From Candidatus Hadarchaeales archaeon (GTDB lineage Archaea > Hadarchaeota > Hadarchaeia > Hadarchaeales > JAWBSP01): a stretch of 56,161 nucleotides of DNA. Positions 1 through 10,156 of the stretch are shown in pieces (within the stretch, counting starts at the first letter, position 1; the number at the start of each line of letters is the position of its first letter). The stretch is from positions 1 to 56,161 of the forward strand of contig JAWBSP010000005.1 in NCBI GenBank assembly GCA_038842485.1, read 5' to 3'. The notes under the pieces were generated by a model that saw nothing but the letters and a program-made list of their open reading frames with translations, ran no database searches and was not told the origin of the DNA. A program made the translations under genes and the position numbers.

Positions 1-20
1 GACCAGGCGCATTAGGCAGA

Positions 21-1142
21 ATGATACCTGATGTATCTAAACAGTTTGTCACCAGAGGTGACGAGGTCCACCTTTACACTGGTGAGGTTTCACGAGATAT
101 TCTAAGTACTCTAACAGAGCACAAAGCTAAAATTCACATCACATATCTGCCGGTAAATGACCGACTCTTTCTATTCAATTCCCTTTTAACTGGATTGAGA
201 TTTCGAGATAAGCCCGACGTTCTTCTAGCTTGGGAATTTCCGTCAAATATTGCTGCCGCCCTAGCGAAGAGTAGGGTAAAGGTACCCCTTGTCTGGTTCT
301 GTCAAGAACCCCCCAAATTGTTATACGAGGATTTGACTCTCAAGTACATCAGGGACCGGAGTCCCTACGCTTATCTTGCCTCCATCATCCTCCGGAAAAT
401 GTTGAAGCCCATGGATCAATGGGCTGTAGCGAGTGCGGACATCATTTTGGCCAACAGTAAATACACTGCCGAATGTGTTTGGCAGGCATATGGAAGGAAA
501 GCAGAAGTGGTACACACCTCAATAGATCACACTTTGTTTAGGCCTAAAAAGCCTCGCAGGGGGCTAAAGAAAAAATTTGACATACCTCTTAACGCAAAAA
601 TCCTGTTTTGCCCCGGTAGACTTTACCCACAGAAGAGGGTTGATATAGCCGTGAAAACTTTGGCATTCCTTTCCAAACGATATGACGATTTGGTGCTTGT
701 GATTTCCGGCGTTGGACCCGAGGGAGAAAGACTCAGAAGACTTGCGGAACAACTTGGTGTAAGCAAAAAAGTCAGGTTCGTGGGGCTTCTAGATACAGAG
801 GAGGTTGTTGAGCTATATAACCTGTCAGACATCGTCCTGTTCCCATCCATAAATGAACCTTGGGGATTCGTCGCACTTGAGGCAATGGCGTGCGGCAAAC
901 CTGTGGTCGCCTTCAAATGCGGGGGACCTGCGGAGAGCATCGTTGACGGGAAAACCGGTTTGCTTGTACGGGAAATTGGCAGTGTCGAGGCTTTCGCAAA
1001 GGCAGTCGAATTCCTGCTTCAGAACCCCAAGATTCGCAGGGAGATGGGTGAAAGCGGGAGGTCGAGGGTCAAACTGTTCTCTCTCGAAAAAACATTTTCG
1101 GGGCTTTCAAGGGCAATTGAGAAAGCGATCCATCGGTGCTAG
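21..1142 (+). CDS. Glycosyltransferase family 4 (GT-B); frame is open to the window edge, so possibly 5'-truncated
   Basis: EPWGFVALEAMACGKPVV GT4 motif, GRLYPQK; visibly more AT-rich than core genes. Confidence 0.9.
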   Translation: MIPDVSKQFVTRGDEVHLYTGEVSRDILSTLTEHKAKIHITYLPVNDRLFLFNSLLTGLRFRDKPDVLLAWEFPSNIAAALAKSRVKVPLVWFCQEPPKLLYEDLTLKYIRDRSPYAYLASIILRKMLKPMDQWAVASADIILANSKYTAECVWQAYGRKAEVVHTSIDHTLFRPKKPRRGLKKKFDIPLNAKILFCPGRLYPQKRVDIAVKTLAFLSKRYDDLVLVISGVGPEGERLRRLAEQLGVSKKVRFVGLLDTEEVVELYNLSDIVLFPSINEPWGFVALEAMACGKPVVAFKCGGPAESIVDGKTGLLVREIGSVEAFAKAVEFLLQNPKIRREMGESGRSRVKLFSLEKTFSGLSRAIEKAIHRC

Positions 1143-1307
1143 AACTTATTGAAAGCGCCTGGCAATAACAACTGTCCAAACCTTTAGATCCAACACGCTA
1201 ACCTCTCACGAACTTCAAAAGTTTCAATTAGTGCTCACAACCCAGATATGAGAAATCCAAACCCAACTACCCGCATCTCAAAATGGCAATCTAATTATGG
1301 CTCAGGC

Positions 1308-2420
1308 TTAACCCAAGAGGGATTTAAAAATTTCCTCGTGTTTTTTGGCGATGATTTCCCAGTCAAAATTTCTCACGCGTTTCTCCCCCTCCTTCACGAG
1401 CTCCTCCCTGAGGGAATCCTCCTCCAGCACCTGTTTAAGCTTCTGAGTTAACTGAGAAACATCGTGAAGTCTAAAAACCATTCCACTTTCTCCATCCTGA
1501 ACAAGTTCCGTCAGGGCCGGAATATTTGAAACCACAGGGATGGTTCCAGAAGCCCATGCCTCCAGCACCACGATCCCGAAGCCCTCGGTTGAGGAGGGAA
1601 GAACCAAAACATGGGAGGACTTGAGTATGGATATTTTCTCCTCCTCCTTCACAAAACCTGTGAAAACCACCCTTTTCCCCAAGCCGAGTTTCTCGCTCAA
1701 GCTTCTTAGTCTCCCCATCTCCGGCCCGTCCCCCACTACGAAAAGCTGTGATTCGGCTGGAAGCTTGGAGAAAGCGAGAAGGAGATCGTCCACATGTTTG
1801 TAGCCAACCAAACGCCCAACATAGACTATTCGTGGTCTGGATGCCTTTTTTGCTGGGCCTTCGTAGAGTTTTAAATCAACGCCATTTGGTATCACCTCGA
1901 TCTTTTCTTCGGGAAGCTCTCTCATGAGTTTCCTTTTGGTGGAGTTCGAAACGGTGATCACCTTGGAATAGGGAAGTCTGAGAATGATTTTCTCGAATAG
2001 GGACATCAGCACGCCCTTTAATCCATATTTCTGCGTCCAGGTTTCTCGGTAAACGTCATGGATGGTTGGAACTATGATTTTTTCCCGGGCGCACGCTGAC
2101 AGCCAGAGAGGAGGGATGGGAAAGAACTGCTGGGGGGCGTAAACATCGAAGTCGTCGGGCCTCATCCCTTTTAGCAGGGTTCCTGCCGTGAAAACAAGCC
2201 CGTCCGTTGGTGACTCTAGTTTTATTCTCCCCGAGGGAACGAAAACCCTGTGGATGTGCACACCCTCATGCAACTCATAACTTGGCAACCCCCTGAATCT
2301 CCTCGTCAGAACATGAACCTCATGCCTCCTCGCCAGCCTGCGAGCAATTTCGTACATCCGCCTTTCCCCGCCCCCCAGCAAGTAGGGGTGAAAGAGATCG
2401 GAGGCCATCAGGACGCGCAT
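1308..2420 (-). CDS. Glycosyltransferase family 4
   Basis: N-terminal GGGERR, IPNGVD, EGFGIVVLEAWASG. Confidence 0.92.
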   Translation of the reverse strand: MRVLMASDLFHPYLLGGGERRMYEIARRLARRHEVHVLTRRFRGLPSYELHEGVHIHRVFVPSGRIKLESPTDGLVFTAGTLLKGMRPDDFDVYAPQQFFPIPPLWLSACAREKIIVPTIHDVYRETWTQKYGLKGVLMSLFEKIILRLPYSKVITVSNSTKRKLMRELPEEKIEVIPNGVDLKLYEGPAKKASRPRIVYVGRLVGYKHVDDLLLAFSKLPAESQLFVVGDGPEMGRLRSLSEKLGLGKRVVFTGFVKEEEKISILKSSHVLVLPSSTEGFGIVVLEAWASGTIPVVSNIPALTELVQDGESGMVFRLHDVSQLTQKLKQVLEEDSLREELVKEGEKRVRNFDWEIIAKKHEEIFKSLLG

Positions 2421-2562
2421 TCCATCCTATACTGAGGCAAGAGAATTTTCGTCATTAGCCGGAGTTTCTTATTGAGGGATTTTTTGGCTCAGGGAATCTC
2501 CACGACCAAAACCTCCTTCAATCCACCACTGTCTCGCGAAACAAGCAGATATCTTGACTGAG

Positions 2563-2634
2563 AGCCGGGAGCCGGATTTGCACCGGCGTAAAGCGGGTCT
2601 GCAGCCCGCCGCCTAACTACTCGGCCATCCCGGC
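2563..2634 (-). tRNA. tRNA-Cys (GCA), no intron, CCA not encoded
   Basis: Reverse complement GCCGGGA...TCCCGGC-T acceptor stem; GCGGG-CT-GCA-GA-CCCGC anticodon arm; U73 and G37. Confidence 0.96.
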
Positions 2635-2704
2635 TCAATAACTTAATTCACGCATCTTAACAACCTTCTTACAAAAGGCGTTAAGGGGCGACGGGGATCT
2701 AGGG

Positions 2705-2932
2705 ATGGAGGTTACCGAAGAAACTCCTCTAAGCGAACTGATGGAAAACCCGAAGGCCCTGGCAGTACTCTCCAAGCACGGACTCCCCTGCCTCTTCTGT
2801 CCAGCCATTGGCTTCGAGATGGGCTTCCTGAAGGTTGGGCAGGTCGCCAAGGCCTACGGGCTGGACGTTAAGAAGCTTCTGGAGGATCTCAACCGGGCGC
2901 TCCAAGAACCCTCACCGCATCCCCAACCCTGA
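2705..2932 (+). CDS. DUF1858 / hybrid-cluster-associated small CxxC protein
   Basis: VLSKHGLPCLFCP...AKAYGLD...LLEDLN pattern. Confidence 0.8.
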   Translation: MEVTEETPLSELMENPKALAVLSKHGLPCLFCPAIGFEMGFLKVGQVAKAYGLDVKKLLEDLNRALQEPSPHPQP

Positions 2933-3329
2933 TTCTCCCTCCCCTCAGCACGCGGGCGAAAACCCCCTCCCTCGGCATGATGCACACACCGATTCTTTTT
3001 GACACCTCGCAGGGCTCGGGGCAAACCTTCCCCACCTGTGAAATCTCGAGCAGGACCTCCCCCACCTCCAGCCTCACCCCCCGCCCCAGCACGGAGAAGT
3101 CCAGCCCCTCCACCGTCAGGTTTTCCGCGAAGCTCCCCGGTCCGACCTCGAACCCCCTTTCCCTCATTCTGTTGATGCTTTCCAGCGGGAGGAGACTCAC
3201 CTGTCTCTCCGGATCTCCGGCGTGAGCGTCGCCAACCAAACCGTGGTTTTCCTTCACCTCCGCCTCTCCCACATTCCTCTTTGCCACCCCTTTCCTCTCG
3301 CTGAGGCAGACCGCCACCACCCGCGCCAT
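2889..3329 (-). CDS. MOSC domain protein
   Basis: GLVGDAHAG, RQVSL, FAENLTVEG, C..PC, MPREGVF; start set at MARVV after a GGTGAGGTG SD. Confidence 0.88.
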   Translation of the reverse strand: MARVVAVCLSERKGVAKRNVGEAEVKENHGLVGDAHAGDPERQVSLLPLESINRMRERGFEVGPGSFAENLTVEGLDFSVLGRGVRLEVGEVLLEISQVGKVCPEPCEVSKRIGVCIMPREGVFARVLRGGRIRVGDAVRVLGAPG

Positions 3330-3371
3330 CACCTCACCAAGCCAAAGCAGATAAATCTGGGCGTGAGTCTC

Positions 3372-4091
3372 ATGATGCAAGCAATCACGGTTCAGAATCT
3401 CACCAAGTACTACAACCATTTCCTAGCCTTAGACAATCTCTCCTTGGAGATACCTCAAGGTGAGAGCGTGGCCCTGCTCGGACCCAACGGTGCTGGGAAA
3501 ACCACCGCCCTAAAGATAATCTGCGGGGTTCTGCGTCCGACTAGCGGTACCGTTCATGTAAACGGGGTGAACCTCCTCACCGATCGGGAAAAGGCCCTGT
3601 CACAAATCGGGAGCATACTTGAAACCCCAGAGTTCTATCCCTTCCTCACCGCCAGAGAAACCCTCTCCTATCTGGGAAGGTTGAGGGGGATGCGCGACCG
3701 GGAGCTGGGCGACAGAATAACAGAACTTCTCAAACTGGTGGGACTGGGAGAGTGGGTGGATGTCAAGGTGGGCAAGTTCTCCAGGGGCATGAAGCAACGT
3801 TTGGCTCTCGCACAGGCCCTTCTCCACGATCCACCCATTCTCATACTCGATGAGCCCTCCCTCGGTCTGGACCCCAAGGGAATGGTCGAGATGAGGGAGA
3901 TAATAAAGAGAGCCAAGAGAAGGAAAACCATCCTCTTCGCCACCCACCTCCTACACGAGGCCGCCCAAGTGTGCGAGAGGATAGCCATTCTTGAAGGAGG
4001 CAAACTGCGCTCCTACCAAGAGGTGAAGCAGCTGAGGAAGAAATACGGGTCCCTAGAAAAGGCATATCTGAAACTTACCGGTGGGGCATGA
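3372..4091 (+). CDS. ABC transporter ATP-binding protein
   Basis: GPNGAGKT, FSRGMKQRL, ILDEP. Confidence 0.95.
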   Translation: MMQAITVQNLTKYYNHFLALDNLSLEIPQGESVALLGPNGAGKTTALKIICGVLRPTSGTVHVNGVNLLTDREKALSQIGSILETPEFYPFLTARETLSYLGRLRGMRDRELGDRITELLKLVGLGEWVDVKVGKFSRGMKQRLALAQALLHDPPILILDEPSLGLDPKGMVEMREIIKRAKRRKTILFATHLLHEAAQVCERIAILEGGKLRSYQEVKQLRKKYGSLEKAYLKLTGGA

Positions 4092-4975
4092 GCGAGCTGG
4101 AAAAGCTCAGGGTGGTAACCAAGTACGAGTTCCTCAAACAGGTGCGTAGGAGGAGATTCTACGGATTCTTGGCCATGACCTTGCTCGCCGTCGGGCTGAC
4201 AGCTGCCTTGTACCAGTCCCTGGACCTCCCCAAGAGGATGAGGACGGAGCTGAAGAAGAGGATGGGTGAAAACATACCAGAGGCAATGAAGGACGATCTG
4301 CTGAATCAGGCGGGGATAAAAGACAGCCCGGAGTTCTTTGCCCTGTGGGTGAGCTCGATGGGTGCCCTAGCCCTCATCGGCGCCGTTTTCTTTGGGGGAG
4401 ATTCGATAGCCTCAGAGTTTGAGCACAGAACGGGATACCTCCTCTTCCCCAATCCCGTGAAGCGGAGCACCCTAGTGATTGGAAAATACTTGGCGTGTTT
4501 TCTCGCGGCAGTGGCAGTGTTGGCAATCGGCTATGCCTTCTCGGCCATCAACCTCTTGGTTTTCTACCAGACCATACCGATTGGGCTACCAAAATCCCTA
4601 GGCGTGGCCATTGCGCTCACCTGCTTCATGGTGAGCTTCGCCTTCGTCTTCAGCGCCCTCATGAAGGGTGGCATGGGGGCTACCGTCGCCGCCCTCCTCA
4701 GCTACATGGCAATCTTTCCCATCATCTCAATGGCCCTCTCCGCCACCGGTCATGATCCGTGGTTCATGCCCGACAGAGCCGGGGACGCCATAGGTGCTAC
4801 CTATGACATCTCGTATGAAAGTTTGTCGGAAGTCTTCGGCGGGGAGGGGGGGAGCATGCGCGGAGTAGCTAGGGCGTCTCAAGATCCGCTCCGGGCCTCA
4901 CTCGTGTTAGTAGGATATGCGCTCGTGTTGCTCCTCCTTTCCGTGCAGCTCACCCTCAGAAGAGAGATGGTCTAG
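4088..4975 (+). CDS. ABC-2 type permease
   Basis: Multi-TM, SIASEFEHRTG motif, ATGA-coupled to the ATPase. Confidence 0.9.
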   Translation: MSELEKLRVVTKYEFLKQVRRRRFYGFLAMTLLAVGLTAALYQSLDLPKRMRTELKKRMGENIPEAMKDDLLNQAGIKDSPEFFALWVSSMGALALIGAVFFGGDSIASEFEHRTGYLLFPNPVKRSTLVIGKYLACFLAAVAVLAIGYAFSAINLLVFYQTIPIGLPKSLGVAIALTCFMVSFAFVFSALMKGGMGATVAALLSYMAIFPIISMALSATGHDPWFMPDRAGDAIGATYDISYESLSEVFGGEGGSMRGVARASQDPLRASLVLVGYALVLLLLSVQLTLRREMV

Positions 4976-5049
4976 ACGGTTTCTGCAGCCTCTCCAAGAC
5001 TTGTCACTGACCTCTCACGGACGGTTTAAACTAAAACAGGGAGAGAGTG

Positions 5050-6546
5050 ATGCGTAAAACCGTCCAAGAAATCAACGAGAAGATCAAGAGGGGGGAGGCA
5101 GTAGTTCTGACCGCTGAGGAGATGGTTGAACTGGTCAAGTCCAAGGGGCCAGAAGCTGCGGTGAGGGAAGTGGATGTTGTCACCACCGGGACCTTCGGGG
5201 CCATGTGCAGCACGGGTGCCTTCCTCAACTTCGGACATGCGGATCCACCCATCAAGCTCGGAGGGGGAGAGGTGTACCTGAACGATGTCCCCGCATACAC
5301 GGGATTGGCGGCCGTGGACGTTTACGTGGGCAGCACGTCCATTTCCAGAACCAGGGGGCTGGAGTATGGGGGAGGGCACGTTCTCGAGGATTTGGTGTCG
5401 GGGAAGGAGATCGAGCTCATTGGTAAGGGATACGGGACCGACTGTTACCCGAGGAGGGAGATAAGAACCACCTTCACCATCCACGACCTAAATCAGGCAA
5501 TCCTCTGCTGCCCCAGAACCTGCTATCAGAGGTACAATGCGGCGACCAACTCCCGCGACGAAACGCTTTACACTTATATGGGCATGCTTCTCCCCAACTA
5601 TGGCAACGTGACTTTCTCATGGGCGGGTGTGCTCAGCCCCCTCTCAAGAGACCCGGAATACAGGACGATAGGGATCGGCACAAGGATTTTCCTGGGGGGT
5701 GCCCAGGGTTACGTGATCTCCGAGGGAACGCAGCATGATCCGGAGAGAGGAATGGGCACCCTCGCCGTCGCTGGTGATATGAAAAAAATGAATTCGAGGT
5801 ACATCAGGGGCTGTACTATTCCGAGATACGGGACCTCCTTATACTTGGGGATCGGAATTCCCATCCCTGTTCTCGATGAGGGGATTGCCATGACCGCGGG
5901 GAGGGATGAGAGCCAGCTGAAAACAAACATCTTGGACTACGGTGTCCCTAGCCGGGAAAGACCGGTGGTGCGGGAGGTTACGTGCGCTGAGCTACGCTCG
6001 GGGAAGGTCGAGCTCGCCGGAAAGGAGGTGCCCGTGAGCCCGCTGAGCAGCTTCGCCATGGCCAGGGAGATAAGCGAGACCCTCAAGAGGTGGATAGAGA
6101 AAGGGGAGTTCCTGCTCTCCGAACCGGTGGAACCCCTCTCGAGGGAGAGGACTCTCAAACCCATGAGGATGGTGGAGCGACTGGTGAGGGTGAAGGACTT
6201 GATGACCAAGAGGCTCATCACCATAGGGCCGGACGAGAGCTTGGAGGCCGCAGCCACCCTCATCAAGCAGCACAACATTGACCATCTGCCGGTGGTGGAA
6301 AAAGACCGGTTGGTGGGAATCGTGACCTCCTGGGATCTGGCGGTCTCGCTCGGCACGGGAAAGAAGAGGGTTTCGGAAATCATGACCAGAAAGGTCATCA
6401 CGGCCAACGAGGAGGAACCGGTTGATGTGGTGGTGAGAAGACTTGAGCAGCACAAGATTTCAGGTGTTCCCGTGGTGGACGGGGAGGGCAGACTGAGGGG
6501 AATTCTGACCACGGACGATATCTCAAAATTCGCGGTGAGAAGATGA
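5050..6546 (+). CDS. Homocysteine biosynthesis protein (L-aspartate semialdehyde sulfurtransferase, DUF39 + CBS pair; MA1821/MJ0100-like)
   Basis: INEKIKRGEAVVLTAEE, VDVVTTGTFGAMCS, GYGTDCYPR, C-terminal tandem CBS domains. Confidence 0.92.
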   Translation: MRKTVQEINEKIKRGEAVVLTAEEMVELVKSKGPEAAVREVDVVTTGTFGAMCSTGAFLNFGHADPPIKLGGGEVYLNDVPAYTGLAAVDVYVGSTSISRTRGLEYGGGHVLEDLVSGKEIELIGKGYGTDCYPRREIRTTFTIHDLNQAILCCPRTCYQRYNAATNSRDETLYTYMGMLLPNYGNVTFSWAGVLSPLSRDPEYRTIGIGTRIFLGGAQGYVISEGTQHDPERGMGTLAVAGDMKKMNSRYIRGCTIPRYGTSLYLGIGIPIPVLDEGIAMTAGRDESQLKTNILDYGVPSRERPVVREVTCAELRSGKVELAGKEVPVSPLSSFAMAREISETLKRWIEKGEFLLSEPVEPLSRERTLKPMRMVERLVRVKDLMTKRLITIGPDESLEAAATLIKQHNIDHLPVVEKDRLVGIVTSWDLAVSLGTGKKRVSEIMTRKVITANEEEPVDVVVRRLEQHKISGVPVVDGEGRLRGILTTDDISKFAVRR

Positions 6547-6941
6547 GGAAAATACTACTCAGGTACAGCCCGGAGAAGAGTTCAGAGCCGATTCTTGCCT
6601 CGGTGATAAAGGATACCGGTGTTCTGCTGAACGTTTTGCAGGCCAAAGTCAACAGCCGGGGCGGGGAGATCATAGTCGCGGTCGAGGATGATGAGAGGGT
6701 CCCGGAGATAATAAGAACTTTTCAGTCAAGGGGGGTGGATGCGGAGGAGCTTAAGTTGACAACCGTGCTCAACAGGGACGCCTGCATGGACTGTGGTGCC
6801 TGCCTCTCGCTCTGCCCCACCAAGGCCCTTCACTTCAACCCCGAGTACAGGCTCGAGCTCGACAAGGAAAAGTGTGTTTACTGCAAGCTCTGCATCGAGG
6901 CATGCCCCGTAAGGGCACTCTCCATCCTGAGCCTAGAATGA
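6543..6941 (+). CDS. NIL domain + 2x[4Fe-4S] ferredoxin (MA1822-like partner)
   Basis: CMDCGACLSLCP and CVYCKLCIEACP; N-terminal NIL-like domain; coupled to the DUF39 gene. Confidence 0.9.
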   Translation: MRKILLRYSPEKSSEPILASVIKDTGVLLNVLQAKVNSRGGEIIVAVEDDERVPEIIRTFQSRGVDAEELKLTTVLNRDACMDCGACLSLCPTKALHFNPEYRLELDKEKCVYCKLCIEACPVRALSILSLE

Positions 6942-7795
6942 AGCCAACCTACGAGGAACTCTTTTCTACCAACCTTGGAATTTTCTCCCCAGCTGAAATG
7001 GAAAAAATCAGGAGGTCCAACGTGCTCGTCGTGGGGTGCGGAGGTGTGGGAGGAGCAGTAGCCATCATCCTTGGCAGGAGTGGAATCGGGAGCTTCATCC
7101 TAGCCGATCCGGAGAGCTTTGAACCCTCCAATATGAACAGGCAGATCACCTGTTTTCTGGACACGCTGGGAAAGAACAAGGCGGAGGTCACGGCCTTGGA
7201 GTTGAAGAGGATAAACCCGGAGGTCTCGGTCGAAGTGCATACCCGATACGGGCCCAAGGAGCTGAAGAAAATGCTGGAAAAAGCCGATGTGGTGGTGTTG
7301 GCGGCGGACGACTTCGCTTGGGATGTGTACGTGGCGAGGGAAGCGAGCAAGCTTGGCAAACCGGTAGTGGTGCCTTACCCCACGGGATTATTGAGCCGGG
7401 TGACCGTCGTGATGCCGGGGGGGTCGGTCGAGGACTGCTTTGGGTTACCTAGGGGTCTGCCGTACAGGATTCTCAAAAAAATAATCGAGTCTCCCCTGTT
7501 GCGCAAAAAATTCAGGAAGGAGCTGGAGCTCTATCGGAAGGAGGGGGGCTGGAGAGATGAATGGTTCGAGGATTTTTTGAACACTAAAGTACCGCTCGCC
7601 CAGATCTGCCCGATGGTTTACTTGACCGCCTCGCTTGCCGCGCTGGAAGTGCTCAAACTGGTCACCGGAAGGCTCAAACCTGTAATCGCGCCCAAGCATT
7701 GGTGTATAACCGCAAGCGGAGCATCCATACGAGAGTTCCGTCCCCCCGCAGTCGGCTCAAAACTTAGACTCTTGGGAAAACTTGCCAGAGCTTGA
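6938..7795 (+). CDS. ThiF/MoeB/E1-family adenylyltransferase
   Basis: VVGCGGVG, D.ESFEPSNMNRQ, GKNKAE; no C-terminal CxxC zinc pairs. Confidence 0.88.
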   Translation: MKPTYEELFSTNLGIFSPAEMEKIRRSNVLVVGCGGVGGAVAIILGRSGIGSFILADPESFEPSNMNRQITCFLDTLGKNKAEVTALELKRINPEVSVEVHTRYGPKELKKMLEKADVVVLAADDFAWDVYVAREASKLGKPVVVPYPTGLLSRVTVVMPGGSVEDCFGLPRGLPYRILKKIIESPLLRKKFRKELELYRKEGGWRDEWFEDFLNTKVPLAQICPMVYLTASLAALEVLKLVTGRLKPVIAPKHWCITASGASIREFRPPAVGSKLRLLGKLARA

Positions 7796-8930
7796 AAAGT
7801 ATACGGGCCTAACACGCGAGTGGACCAAATACATCAACTTGAATCCCATTCAGCGGGGTGGCATCCTGAGCCCGGAAGCGAGAAGAGTGCTCTCGGAGTT
7901 CGGCGATGGATACTCCGTTTGCGACTGGTGCAGGGGAAGGCTAGATGAGATCTCGAAGCCCCCTGTGTCGGACTTTTACCAAGATCTGGCCGATTTCCTG
8001 GGCATGGATGTTGCAAGGGTGGTCACGAGGTGCAGGGAGGCCAAGTTCATCGTATTTTCCACCCTCGCCAAACCAGGACAAACGGTTGTGGTGGACAGTC
8101 TTGCTCACTACTCCAGCTTCCTCGCCGCCGAGCTGGCCGGCCTCAGAATAAAGGAGGTTCCCAACACCGGTTATCCAGAGTTCAAAATCTCACCCGAGGA
8201 ATATGAGCGGAAAATCGAGGAGGTAAAGAAAGAGACGGGGGAGCCACCCGCCCTAGCGCTGCTCACCCATGCGGACCCCCACTATGGAAATCTCAGCGAC
8301 GCGAAAGAAATTGGAAAAATTTGCCACGAAAAGGGAGTTCCTTTCATGCTCAACGCTGCCTATACCGCGGGTGTAATGCCCGTCAACGGGCGCGAGCTCG
8401 GGGTGGACCTGCTCGTGAGCAGCGGACACAAATCTTGGGCAGCCAGCGCCCCCACTGGAATCCTAACGATGAGGAAGGAATTTGCTGACAAGGTTTTGCG
8501 GCGCTCGGAGCTCTTCCCGCAGAAGGAGCTGGCTCTCTTGGGATGTACCGTGATGGGTGCACCCCTCCTTTCCCTGATGGCCTCCTTCCCCTCGGTGTTG
8601 GAACGTGTGAAACGTTGGGAAGAAGAGGTGGAGAAAACGAGGTTTCTGGTGAGGGAGCTGGAGGAAATAAAGGGAACCAAACAGCTGGGGACGAGACCAA
8701 AACAGCACCACCTGATCCATTTCGAGTCAACCGGATTGGCGGAGGTCTCGAAAAAGCACAAACGGAAGGGATTCTTCCTGTATGAGGAGCTGAAGGAGAG
8801 AGGAATCGTTGGAATTATACCGGGGCGGTCAGAGCATTTCGAGCTGAGCGTTTACGGGCTCGAGTGGGAGAGGGTGAAGTACGTTGCGGATGCCTTCAAA
8901 GAAATCGCTAGGAAATACGGCCTGCTATAG
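7782..8930 (+). CDS. pscS: Sep-tRNA:Cys-tRNA synthase (SepCysS)
   Basis: INLNPIQRGG, GYSVCDWC, SGHKSW PLP lysine, LLGCT. Confidence 0.95.
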   Translation: MPELEKYTGLTREWTKYINLNPIQRGGILSPEARRVLSEFGDGYSVCDWCRGRLDEISKPPVSDFYQDLADFLGMDVARVVTRCREAKFIVFSTLAKPGQTVVVDSLAHYSSFLAAELAGLRIKEVPNTGYPEFKISPEEYERKIEEVKKETGEPPALALLTHADPHYGNLSDAKEIGKICHEKGVPFMLNAAYTAGVMPVNGRELGVDLLVSSGHKSWAASAPTGILTMRKEFADKVLRRSELFPQKELALLGCTVMGAPLLSLMASFPSVLERVKRWEEEVEKTRFLVRELEEIKGTKQLGTRPKQHHLIHFESTGLAEVSKKHKRKGFFLYEELKERGIVGIIPGRSEHFELSVYGLEWERVKYVADAFKEIARKYGLL

Positions 8931-10118
8931 AAGCACTCGCGACATCAGCCAGTAGAGAAAACCCGAGAGGAGCATGGCGGAGGGGATGGTCAGCATCCAG
9001 TAAAGCAGAATCCGAAGGAGCACGGATTTGTCTATTCCCTTTATTCCCTTTGAGGCTAGACCCACCCCAACCACGGTGCCCACGTTGCTGTGTGAGGTGG
9101 AAATAGGGATACCAAAGCCCCATAGCCAGTGCGGGACGGTAGTGAAGACCAAAACGTTGAGGGCCTGAGCGTACTCCGCCGCGAGCCCGGTAACCGGATC
9201 CAGTTTGGTCACCCCATACGCACACGTGTACAACACCCTGTAACCCCAAGTGAGTCCACCCAGAGCGATGCCTGCGGCACCCATGATGGAAAGGAGCAAC
9301 ATGGTGGACAGGGAAGGGATCCCGATCAGGCGCTCCGCTGGAGTGACGAAGACACCCGTGGCATTGGCCATGTCGTTTGCCCCGAACGCAAAGGCGCTGA
9401 GGAAATGAACCAGTATGAGAAGATTGCCTGCAAGTTGTAAGCCAACTACCCCTCCCGTCCAGACAAGGACCGCGACCATGGTTAGGAAGGAGCAGAGAAA
9501 GGTTGCCCAGAGGGAAATGCTTGGAGGTAGCTTCCAAATGCCGAAAAAGAGGGAAAAATACGCTATGAGAAAAATAGGTAAGTAAAGGCCGACGGTGAGG
9601 AGGCTTCCACTGAGCCTCCCGCGCTGGCTGACAAAGTACCTCTCTAGAAGGAGGAAGAGAAGGGCGGAGAGCCCCATAGCGGTGAGGGGGGAGAGGGGGA
9701 TGCTCAGCAGTGTACGGATTAAAACCCACCTGTTCACGGAAGCTCCGGCTACCAAACTTGCCCCCAGCACGCCACCTATGATCGAGTGGGTGGTGGAAAC
9801 GGGCATGCCGCGCCAAGTGCTGAGAGTTATCCACAATCCCCCGGCTAGTGCCGCACACAGACTTGCCAGCACGAGCGAGGAGGTTTCAAGCTCACTTCTC
9901 CGAATGAGCCCCCTGTCGATTGTCTTCATGACGAAGGGACCGAATGCGATTCCCCCGATGGCGCTGAAAATTGCGAAGGTTATAAGCGCTTTTTTGGTTG
10001 AGTAAACGCCGGCCCCCACCACACAGTTGCAGGGGTTCGCGGCATCGTTGGCTCCTAAGCACCAAGCTATGTAGAAGGAGAGGAGCAACCCTAGCCCAAA
10101 GACTAGGGAAACCAACAT
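8925..10118 (-). CDS. PiT-family inorganic phosphate transporter
   Basis: Two GAND motifs, PVSTTHS and PISTSHS. Confidence 0.93.
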   Translation of the reverse strand: MLVSLVFGLGLLLSFYIAWCLGANDAANPCNCVVGAGVYSTKKALITFAIFSAIGGIAFGPFVMKTIDRGLIRRSELETSSLVLASLCAALAGGLWITLSTWRGMPVSTTHSIIGGVLGASLVAGASVNRWVLIRTLLSIPLSPLTAMGLSALLFLLLERYFVSQRGRLSGSLLTVGLYLPIFLIAYFSLFFGIWKLPPSISLWATFLCSFLTMVAVLVWTGGVVGLQLAGNLLILVHFLSAFAFGANDMANATGVFVTPAERLIGIPSLSTMLLLSIMGAAGIALGGLTWGYRVLYTCAYGVTKLDPVTGLAAEYAQALNVLVFTTVPHWLWGFGIPISTSHSNVGTVVGVGLASKGIKGIDKSVLLRILLYWMLTIPSAMLLSGFLYWLMSRVLL

Positions 10119-10156
10119 CCACCCGAGGATTACGCTCTTTTATAGCTAAGCAAAAA

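Noticed and set aside
8908-9858. 316-aa alternative-frame ORF
   Set aside because: Overlaps the PiT gene and has no recognisable motifs; shadow ORF
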